Positions 40,345 to 50,888 of a stretch of DNA of 64,000 nt are shown here, piece by piece. Where the stretch lies: assembly GCA_015680685.1 (NCBI GenBank), contig MNCI01002357.1, positions 305,384-369,383 on the forward strand. The letters are read 5' to 3'. Each line of letters begins with the position of its first letter. Positions within the stretch are counted from its first letter, which is position 1. The notes below the pieces were generated by a model. That model did no database searches. It was not told the origin of the DNA and saw only the letters and a program-made list of their open reading frames with translations. This DNA is from Gnetum montanum. Taxonomy: Eukaryota; Plantae; Gnetophyta. The position numbers were made by a program, and so were the translations under genes.

Positions 40345-41385
40345 TTGGTCCCTCTTTGTTGACGCTTGGAGGAATCGACTCGAGAAGTGTTGACAAAGAA
40401 GTGCAAAACACCACAAGTGACTTGATGTAGACTTTGTCCTCTGCCACTTGACTAGACGTCATCGCACCGTGTTCAGTAGTACATGAGATCGGGAAAGGGG
40501 AAGTTTGTATCTGGTGGGTCATGGAGATTGTGGGGATTGATTACTAATCTAGGGGATTATGCAGGGGAAAGGGGATGCCCTGGTGTGCAGCATGCTGATC
40601 CTTGTCGACAGCCATTGTTTAGCAGACTCAGAGTTCAGACATGCAGTGTGCGTCCTTTGGCGGAACAAGGCTCTTGGGTAGTATTCAAGAGAACTTGTTG
40701 GCAAGACCAAAGCCACAAGAGGATGTGTTACATTCTTTGGAGGAACAGGGCCCGTGTTTAATGCTGGCTGGGACCTGTTGGCGGATAGCCAAAGCCATAC
40801 AACTAGATGCTTCTTGACCCTTTTGGGCATGAGTACTTGGTCTTGAGACGACTGCCTTCCCGCCTAGGGCTTGTATGGGAAGTGCCCGGGGTTTCACCTT
40901 TTTGTGTTTTTTTTTTTGGATTTTGCCTTGCTTTTTGTACTCATGCTCAAGTGTCAGGCCATGTGTTGCAACTGCTGTAACGTTTTTTAGTGTGCTCAAA
41001 GTTTTAAATGTATTCAGTGTGTCAGAGGTCGGTAAACAAATAGTGTATACCGGGAGTGGGGATGTACTAGTGAATGGATTGATTTAGTTTTTCCATGTGC
41101 GCTACAAACATTGTCCCATTTTGTTGCTTACGATGAGATGCACTCCTATGCGAAAACCTCTGGGTGTCATCTTGCAAACACAACTCCAAGGAGACAAGAA
41201 AACCATGTGTGAGTAAGCGAGCTTAGATTTTAACGGCTGCAGATGGGACACAAATACTGGAGGAGAGTCTGAGCAGTGTGTGTGCATGGCGGAGATGTTG
41301 ATGAGATTGTTTGGTGATGGGCGATGCAGTGAAATGATTTGGATGAGCGAGTGCGGCTGTGGAGTGAGAGCCGGAGATGAGCATG

Positions 41386-41698
41386 CCAGTTTATAGTCTT
41401 AGCAGACTATGATGAATGCAACGGTGGCAGTTTCACTGTCATACCGGACAAGTGCTAGTTTATCGTCATTGCGGACACTATGGGGTATCAGTTTATTGTC
41501 ATGATGCCAGGACAGTGGCGGTGCCAGTTTTAAGTCGTAACCCAGGACTGTTCTGTGGTATCAGTTTACCGTCATGATTCCAGGACGAGCTATGGTATCA
41601 GTTTATAGTCGTGATTCCAAGACTTGTTGTGGTATCAGTTTATAGTCGTGATTCCAGGACTTGCTGTGGTATTAGTTTATAGTCGTGATTCTAGGACT
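41386..41698 (-). repeat. Array of the YAGTTT hairpin motif downstream of integrase
   Basis: About 9 units such as CAGTTTATAGTCGTGATTCCAGGACT. Confidence 0.9.
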
Positions 41699-41719
41699 TG
41701 CACGTACTTGAGTTTGTAC

Positions 41720-44700
41720 TCAGATGTAGAACGGTTTTAGATACAAATGATTGGTCGGATTGGCAAACTCATTTCCTTCCATGTCAGCGAGCTTGAATAC
41801 TTCGTTGTCGAATGCTTTGGTGACTAAGTAAGGCCCTTCCTAGTTGGCTGAGAATTTTTTCGGGTGTTCTCGAATAGCCTTAAGCACAAGGTTGCCTTCC
41901 TTGATTGGGCGTTTGTTGATGTTATGCCGATGTCGTTGCCGTTGTTGTTTTTGATACCATTCGATCTGGTCAAGTGCACATATGCGCTCTTCTTCCATCG
42001 AGTCCAGGTCAATGATGCATAGATCATTGTTCTGCCCGTCGTCGAGGAGTCCGGAGAGTGTGATCCTTAAAGATGATACCTGTAATTCCAAAGGTAAAAT
42101 AGCTTCTGAACCATAAACCAGACTATATGGTGTTTTACCTGTTGACGTTCGGTGTGTAGTACGGTATGCCCACAATGCGTACATCAATTGCTCGTGCCAT
42201 TTTCTTTTGCTCTGGGTAAGCACTTTCTTGAGTATCGTGATAATCATCTTGTTTGTTGCTTTCGCTTGTCCATTGCTTTGAGGAGAGTAAGGGGAGGAAA
42301 ATGAGTGTTTGATCCCCAGACCATCACAAAAGGATCGAGTTTCGGCACTGCTAAATTGCGGCCCATTATCAGTGATGATTGTCATGGGAATACCGAAACG
42401 GGTTACAATGTTTTCAAGGATGAAATTACATACATGTTTAGAGGTAGTTTTTCAAAGTGGAGCAGCTTCTACCCACTTCGTAAAATATTCGATTGCAGTT
42501 ATGATGAAACTATGCCCTGCAGAAGATGAGGGTGTTATCGGGCTGATAAGGTCCAATCCCCACTTTTGAAAGGGCCACGTGATTTGCACTGTGTGCAATT
42601 CATTTGGTGGTACATGTATTAAATTGCTATGTTTTTGACAAGTGCTACACATTTTAACCTTGGAGAAACAGTCATATTCCATGTGCGGCCAGTAGTAGCC
42701 TAAACGTCTTATTTTCATTGCCATGGCTTTTGGTGTTATGTGTCCTCCACATAGTCCCTCATGTACCTATTCAACAATAGTTTGGGCATCGGTATTACTA
42801 ACGCATGTTAGCAATATGCCTTCGTAGGATCGATGACACAGTGTGTCCCCTACCAGGGTATACTGCTTAGAACGTTTCCACACTGTGTATTTCTGCACAT
42901 TTGTTAGATGTCGTGGTGTTTCACCGCGTAGAAGGTATTCTTTTATGTCATTGTACCATTCTACCGCGTGCGTTGTACTAACAAATGCGATTGGCAGGGT
43001 GTCGAGGGTATCGGTGATTGGTTCAGCACAACTAGTTATGGAGCTTGGCAACGTGTGAAACATGTCAGGTGATATATTTAATGCTAAGGTTGCTAATGCA
43101 TCTGCGATGGTATTGTCGTTTCTGGAAACGTGTTGTAGATCGATGCTTTCGAATCGCCTCATTAGGTGTTTTTCCAAGTCACAGTATGGTTGCAAGTGTT
43201 GGGCTTTGCATGTATAAATGTCTGTGACTTGGTTCAGGACCAGTTGTGAGTCACCTCTGACTACCAGTCATGTGATGTCTGAAGCCAGTGCTTTCATGAG
43301 ACCTCTAAGGAGACCTTCGTACTCTGCTATGTTGTTCATACAGTGAATGTTAAAATGATAAGCAAAGGGTCGGATCTCCCCTGAGGGATAAGTGATAACA
43401 GCGGCTGCACTTCCCCCTCGAGAGGTGGATGCTCCGTCAATGTTTAAGATGGCATCGTAGTCATTAGGCACGATGTCTATAGCACTTATACTCTTGTCTA
43501 GGAATTCCAGCTCTATAGTCGCTTGGTCACGTGTTGGTGATGTAGCCATTTGATTCGCTATGGCTTGACCCTTGACTGATGATTGCGCTACATAGTACAG
43601 GTCAAATTCGGCTATCATGGCTTTCCACTGGGCTATTCGACTGGTTTCGTAAATGTTCCCTATTATGGCTCTTAGCACATTGTCCTTGCAGTATGTAAAC
43701 CTGGTTATGGAAGAGGTAATGTCACCATTTTCTTAAAGAAAAGACCAAAGCTAAACATGACTACTCTATGTCGTTATACTTTTTCTCGTGGGCAACTAAT
43801 GCATGGCTTAAGTAGTATACAGGGACTTCGGTTCCGTCATCTTGTTTCTGGCAAAGCATAGACGCGATTGACGATTCCGAGGTGGCAAGGTAGATGTAGA
43901 ATGGTTTATCATTTTGGGGTGGATAAACTATGGGCAGTGGGGCAAGTGCTGTTTTGATGTTCTCGAATGCTTCTTGGCATTGTGGAGTCCACTCAAAATG
44001 GACATTTTTGCGTAACAGGTGGTTCATAGGTTTTAGTTTGTTGGTGAGTTTTTCTATGAAACGCCTTATAAACTGCAGTCTACCTTGTAAACCTCGAAGT
44101 TCAGTAAGGTTACTTGGTGGTTTCAGGTTTTTTATGGCCTTAACCTTATCGGGGTCTACTCGTATCCCTGCTTCTGAGGCTATGAATCTGAGCATTTTGC
44201 CTATTTTGACGCCAAAGACACATTTTTTTGGATTGAGTCTTAGTTCATACTTTAAACAATGCTTTAAGACTAAGTTGAGGTCTTGTACATGTTGTTCTTC
44301 CATTTTTTATTTAACCACAATGTCATCCACGTAATCGTTGAGTGAGTGTAACATGTAATCGCTAAAGATGAATGTCATCGCTCTTTGATACGTGGCCCCA
44401 GCGTTCTTGAGACCAAAGGGCATCATTGTGTAACAAAAGGTTCCCCATGGTGTCATAAAGGTTGTCCGAAGCTGATGCTTCGGGTTGATTCGTATCTGAT
44501 TGTAGCCCAAGAAGCCATCCATAAAAGATAATAATGCATGCCCCGCAGTCGAGTCAACAAGCTAATCGATGCTGGGTAGAGGAAAATCATCTTTTATGGT
44601 TGCAACATTCAAATCTCGGAAGTCAATGCATAAGCGAATGCTTCCATTTTTCTTCCGGACAATGACCATGTTGGACACCCATTCTGCGTAATCAACAGCC

Positions 44701-45205
44701 CGAATGAAACCAGCTTGATAAAGCTTGGTGATCTCATTGTGAACTACCAATGCTACCTCAGGTTTGACCTTTCGTGCTTTTTGTTTTACTAGCCTTAACT
44801 TTGGGTCAAGAATAATGTTGTGTTGGACAATTCTAGGATCTAACCCAGGCATGTCTGTATAGGACCAAGCAAATTCTTTCATATTTTTCCTAAGCACGTT
44901 TTCAATGTCTTTTGCTAGTTGTGGTTGCAGTAGTGTGCTCAATTTTAACATTTTGATTTCCCCATCTGGCATGGTGATGGGGGTTTCAGTCAACGGATCT
45001 TCGGTGATATTTTCAGCCTCTATGTCAAGGAATTTTGTTATGTCTTCGTAATTGTCTGCTGTTTGTTGTGTTGAGGCTATGACTACGTCGTCCGTTGGTG
45101 AATTTAAATTGATGGAGTTTATGTTAATTTCTCATGTAATTTTTCCGTACGGTCCGTCAATGATTAGCAGTGCTGTTAAGTGCTGGCAGTCCATTGAGAT
45201 TGCTC
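41720..45205 (-). pseudogene. pol: pol: RT, RNase H, archaeal-type RNase H, integrase (few stops/frameshifts)
   Basis: IRLCIDFRDLN..KDDFPLP; MDGFLGYNQI; MPFGLKNAGATYQR; YVDDI; RH KPFYIYL; aRH LNIDGAS..NNIAEYEGL..GDSQLV; integrase WGLDL, TDNGPQF, PQSNGQA, EGPY. Confidence 0.95.
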
Positions 45206-45318
45206 CTTCCAATAAACAAAGAGCAAAATGAGAAGAAGGAGACCGTTCTATGTCTCTTGATAATTTTAAACTATGTGTACTTGCATAATGGTGGATTTTC
45301 ATCACACCGGGATGTACA

Positions 45319-45454
45319 GCAGTTTAAGGCCGTACCGGGCCATAAGCGGCAGTTTAAGGCTGTACCGGGCCAGCATTGGATTGGGAAATGGTAGTTTAAG
45401 GCCGTACCGGGCCATAAGTGATTTGGGAATTGGCAGTTTAAGGCCGTACCTAGC
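45319..45454 (-). repeat. Array of YAGTTTAAGGCCGTACCGGGCC units upstream of pol
   Basis: 4 units with variable spacers. Confidence 0.9.
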
Positions 45455-45639
45455 CATAAGTGATTTAAACGAGAATGTTCAGCCTAAACGTGTAAAATGG
45501 ACGTAATAATCTTTGTTCTTAATAATTTTTAGCATTTTTTATTATTTTTTCTGGCAAATTTTCACGAAAAATAAGTAAAAAGGCACAAAAAGGGCAAAAA
45601 GAAGCAATGGCGGTGCCAGCGTCGACGTCAGCGGGGCGC

Positions 45640-45647
45640 TATATAAA
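45640..45647 (+). promoter_or_regulatory. TATA box of the antisense accessory gene
   Basis: CTATATAAAG in a GC-rich context about 250 nt upstream of ATG 45892. Confidence 0.7.
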
Positions 45648-45891
45648 GGCGGGGGTCCATTTGTTTCTTACTTTGAAAGCGACAGAGCATAAACTGCTAA
45701 AGCGTAAGCGTAGACGATCGCGCTCAGTGTAGATGCCGAAGACAAAACCTAGCGTAGACGCCCAACACTTAAACCCCAGTGTAGACGCCGAAGAGTGACC
45801 CTAGCATAGACGCAGAGTTCAAACTCAGGTGCCAGCTAGACAGTTGTTCTCTTCAGCGTAAACGGATATCGTCAACGTAGAGAAGGCGGAG

Positions 45892-48800
45892 ATGGGCAAA
45901 GGGAAGGAAGTGGAGGTCCAGGGAAGGAAGGGTCCCGACTTGACGTTCTTGGAGGAGACTGAGGCTATGTTACAGGGCCTGCCTAGGCCAAGGATCCCAT
46001 CATGGCCTGTGACATCCCACAGGTAGGTTCCAATCCTTATCTTTGCTGTTATTTTTGTGCTTCCTGTTTTTGTTTGTAGTGTAGACAGTCTCAGCGTATA
46101 CGCCGAGCGTTGGGGGTTTCTAGTGTATGGGGTTTCTTCGGCGTATACGCCGAGCGTAACTGTGGACTGCGTAATTAGTTTCATTGGCATAAACATTTTT
46201 CCTACGTTATTGTTAGCGTAAGTCGTGGCGTCTTGAGTTCCTTTATATGCGAAATCTCGTCAGCATGATTCCTTTGTTCTCAGCGTAAGTTCTGTTTACG
46301 GCGTATACGCCGAGGGTTTATTCGACGTATACGCTGTGCGTGCGCGATTGCCTTTACAGCCTACTCATTTTTCATGTCTCTGGAGTAGCGTAGACTGTTT
46401 ACGTTGGAAGCGAACTTGGGCGTATACGCCGAGGGTTTCTTTAGCGTATACGTTGTACGTGAGGGGTTTGGGCGACAGCGTAAAAACGGTTCATTGTCAG
46501 TGTATACGTTGAGTCGGGCAGCGTATACGCTCAGTGTACAGCGTATACGCTGAGTTTCTACAGCGTGTTTTACGCTAAGTGTAAATAGTTGTGCTGGCGT
46601 ATACGTTGGGTGTAAACAGTTGGCAGAATTTTTTGATTTTAAATGTTGATTTATTGGTGTGAATTTTTGCTTTTCGGGCTGTTTCGAAGCATGGCTGATT
46701 GATTGTAGCGTTGCGATTGGTTGCAGGGACAGTAAGCGCTTCCTTATCGTCGTTGAACTCATCGGGGTATTAACATGGGTTGGCCCCATCGAGGATGGCG
46801 AGGTTCTCCCGGATCTGACCGTGGATAACAACGGGGTTTGGTTCAGGGAGGGCGCTTGTGAATTTCTGTCCTTCTTGTTAGAGAATTTCGAGGTGGCCAT
46901 CTGGTCAAACTTTAGCGAAGTGGTTGCATGAAGCGTGGTTAATGCAATGTTGTCGGGGGCTACGGAGGGCATCATGGTCTTCATAGAAGACATCGACGAG
47001 GGGCCCCTTGTTAATGAGGATGGTACTACCCGCGGGCCCCGGTCAACACGCCCATTAACGCGCGTGTGGGCACTATTGCCGCAAGGGTTGGATTACCTCA
47101 ACAATACATTGTTTATAGCTGCCCGCACACACACCTTATTACAGAATCCTCCTAGCACGGTGTATCGAGTGGCCAGGTAGGACTATTTAAATTTATTATT
47201 TTCCTTTCGCTGCTTGGTATTTGTTTCTTGTCTTGACATATATTTTATTTACAGGCCGAAGACCAACCCGGACGGGACACTTATTGAAGATGAACGAATA
47301 GCTCTTGCTTGCACTGCACTGGAGGCATTCATGACGGGCCCCACCCTTCGTGGAACCGTACTGGGTCAAACAAAGTGTTCGATGGTCTATTTTCATAATC
47401 AGTTTTCCAGAGCATTCGCGATGTGAAAAGCTCGTGAGTGGCTTCACGAAGACTATACAGATAATGGGCCAATTTTCCCTCATAACTTTGGCAGCACCTC
47501 TAAATCTGCCACTAGCGGTAAGTGATAACATTTCTTAGATATGTTAGTGGGTTTGTCTAACTGCTTGAAGTTACGCTGATATAATCCTTTTAAAATGCTT
47601 TTACAGTTGATGTACCTCCTGGTGGGGATCCCGTGACAACAGGACGAACCGAGACAACTTTTTCGATGAAGTTTGGGGAGGTGGCTAAGGCGCAAAAGTG
47701 GTTTCATGAGCAAGCTCCCCCATCTATTACTCATTGCCTGGATGATGCTAGCCTCATGGAGCTCTTTATGATGCCAATTCCTGATGTGTCCATCGGGGAG
47801 ATGATCGGGATCATGGACTCTTTTAATGAGTCTGTCTCATACTACAGCACCCAGATTAAGGGTGTCAAGGTAGTTTTTCATCTGTCGCCTATGTTCTTTT
47901 CCAACTTATTTGGCGTGCTAGCAGATGGTTTAAATGTAGTATTAGACAGAGCTCATAAAGAGCTCTAGACAATTCGTGAGCTGGAAGATTGGCTAGGCGT
48001 GGCCAAGGGTGCCAAGGGGTTCCCGATGCAGGGGAAAGCGAAAGTTGTGGAAGTGAACGAATTATACCCCCTGTTCTGGACATGGGTGTTCCCTAAAACC
48101 CTTTCTCAGGTGAGGTGTCTTGGGGTTGAGGCTGTTCGTGTCATGCGGACTGTCTTGGAAACGATTATGCGATATAACTAGGCCCAATTTTTGTTATCGA
48201 GCATGCACAAGGAGGTAGTGCAGATGCGTTCGAATGTCGAGACGCAGTCCCACTTCACCTTTGTATTCTTCGCCGGTTATCTTCACCGTTTTTCCAAGTT
48301 CCTAGTAGTTTACGCGGACAATAAGTTTGTTCTACGGGATTGGGGTCAACTAACCCGCCTGTGGGTCAATCATTTGTTTGTGACTGCTAAATCCCAAGAT
48401 GCACCCGAAGGCATTGATGAATTCGTCTCTATTACAATGGGGGGATCATCTGGCACTTCTATCCACACACGTGATAGTTTGGGGATAGAGCCATAAGATG
48501 TACCTTTAACTGCTAGACGGGTAGAACGGGTCATCAAGGAGACCATCGGCCAGGTGAAGTCAAAGCTAAAGAGGCCTGAGCGCACGACTGAGGAAGTCTC
48601 GGATGTCAACCGGCCACACGTGAAGTGTATACACTTCAAGATGCCTGGTAAGCAACACTGACTCACTTATTGTTGTATCATTTTCGTTTTGTTTATAGCT
48701 TTTACCTCAATCTCTTACGTGTTATTGATATTTTTGGCTTGATTTTAAAAAGTGAGGAAGCAGGCTTTAGAGACCATCACTGAGGAGGAGGAGACCAACA

Positions 48801-50318
48801 CAGAGAAGAACAACGGGGAGGAGAACCAGGAGAAGAGCCAGGGCAGAGGGATGGAGTTAAAGGAGAACACCACTGAAACCGAACTGTTGGACGATCAGGA
48901 CGCTATCAACCAGATGTTCTGCAGCATCCTTAAGGGAAATCTGGATTTGGGAGACCCCTCAGAGGGTGAGAAGGATCATGGTCCATTTTCATTTTTTATT
49001 CCGTTTTGAATTGCTTGATCAATTGTTAGTTCTATGGTATTTCATGTTTTGATCTTGTTCTGATGAAGGCAGCAAGACCAGGACGGTGCGGTTAGATGTA
49101 CCCATGAAGACGGTTCTCCCTGAGAGGACCGCTGAGGTTAGTTCTCGTATCCGTGAGCCACTTGCTTGGTCAGAAATGCCAAGCAAGAGGGATTTTATGG
49201 CTAGACTTGCAGAGGAAGTTGTTGAACGGATCCAGGAGGCTCATCCTGATATAGGTATAGATCATTAAAGGCTTAGAATCTCACGTCTTGTTTATATCAC
49301 TATTAACACTTGTGTTTTTTGCGTGGGCAGGTGCTCAATTGAAATGGGATCCCTCTGAAAGCATTAGCATTGAAAGTTTAACCATGCTTTCCCCAGAGGT
49401 GGAACAGGTGCCAAGGCCTGTTTATGAAGGGGTTGCAGAAGGTTTTGTGCACAATGCTAAGTCGTTATGGACCTGTAGGCGCTCCATCGAGCAGTTGTGG
49501 CTGCAAATACAGGCAAAAGAAAAGGTCGTCTCTGAGTTGTCAGCGGAACGTGACGATCTAAAGGCTCGGTACGAGTTCACTGCTGCCAGACTAAGTGGAG
49601 ATCGCTCTTGGCAAACGTCGGAGGTTACATACACCAGGTATTGGAACCTTCTGAATTGTCATGCATCGCTAACTCGGAGAATGGCAGAACGGAAAGCCCA
49701 AATTGATCTCCTGAACCTTAAATGTCAAGATTGGAAGGCTTTTTCTTCCAAGGTTCGTAAGTGGGGTCAAGATGAGAAAAGTCACAAACATTATTACAAG
49801 AAGTCGCTAAAAGAGGTGTTTGTTGAAAAGCGCCAACTAGAAATGTTTGTGGAAGGTTTAGGTTTGCGTTCGGCCTTCGATACTTTTGCCCAGAATACAA
49901 CTGTGGAAATGGAGTCACCTACAAGGGTGATCACAACTACGTCTGGGGAAACATCGGTGGGTGAGTTCCCTCTGAAATGCCCTACCTGGTCGGCTGTTGA
50001 CAAGGGCAAGACTTTGGCAGACATCGACCTAGGCCTTGATGGGACAGATTGGGCCAGCGTTTCAGAAGAGGAAATCCTTTGTCGGCTGGAATTTGGCTTA
50101 GGGGGATCTCCTATGGTAAGAGTTTTGTTCTTATGGAGTTAATTTATCGAATAATGTTTAAAAAGTCTTGTCACTCACTTGTTCTTACGCTAGTTGTTTG
50201 TTTTCGATATTTTCAGGATGAAGGTGGTGATGATGCCCAAGAGGCTAGCCCCAGTGGAGCAAGGGCCCCTGACGCTGGTGGATCTAGAGAGGACGACCCT
50301 CCCGCCTCGGATGTTTAG
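45892..50318 (+). pseudogene. Antisense 8-exon accessory gene (~1056 aa): FCP1/NIF HAD-like pseudophosphatase, PMD-like domain, acidic linker, coiled-coil-like region; exons 45892-46022, 46727-47176, 47255-47517, 47607-48647, 48753-48965, 49069-49254, 49331-50115, 50217-50318
   Basis: All seven introns GT-AG with matching phases; spliced length 3171 nt (1057 codons) and no frameshift; five point stops at 46929, 47424, 47966, 48179, 48494, each one transition from a sense codon; homologues in two other elements in the window. Confidence 0.87.
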
Positions 50319-50640
50319 TGTTTTAAATTTTTAAGTTTTTGTTGTTTTGTTTTTTAACTCAGATTTATACGGGAGGTGTGACTCGAACATTTTGAGATGG
50401 ATGAAAACAGTTGAAATTTGTAATTGTACAACATTGTATGTAAGAAAGATATTTTTTTTTTGTTGATTTTGAATCTAATTGTAAACACGACATGACAATA
50501 TAAAATATTTTGGCTTGTTTTTGGGTTTGTTTGCATACACAATACGATAATGTAACATATTTTTGGGTTTACTTTTCTGTTTTAAGCGTGATGTACTAGA
50601 GTGATTATAAGTGAAATGTGAAAAGCAAAACAAAGTATGC

Positions 50641-50868
50641 ACTAATTTAAGGCCATTTTGGGCCAGGTTCACACTAGTTTAAGGCCATTTCGGGCTTCGT
50701 TGTGAACAAGTAATATTTTTGATAAAACAGGGAAGTTTCTTGATTGACCGATCATCTCTGATCGTGGCTAGTTTTATGTCGTTGCGGACATGATAGTTTA
50801 ATGTCATTTCGGACTTCGTGTAGTTTACCATCGTTTCGGATGAAGGGTAGTTTAATGTCATTTCAGAC
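50641..50868 (-). repeat. Array of the YAGTTT hairpin motif just downstream of the gag-protease stop
   Basis: About 6 units of both the GGCC-N6-GGCC and GTC-N6-GAC types. Confidence 0.85.
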
Positions 50869-50888
50869 AGCGGAGTAGTGGTATTATT

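Noticed and set aside
39080-40406. Short ORFs within LTRs (also in 6183-8180, 14487-16160, 55763-57122)
   Set aside because: Products of repetitive LTR sequence; stops differ between the paired LTRs
45319-45454. Hammerhead ribozyme (stem II followed by AAAC)
   Set aside because: No CUGAUGA core upstream of the stem and no GAAA-stem III pairing
45600-50600. Accessory gene as an independent nested DNA transposon or a host gene
   Set aside because: No TIRs, TSD or transposase motifs seen; a homologue occupies the same position in three different elements
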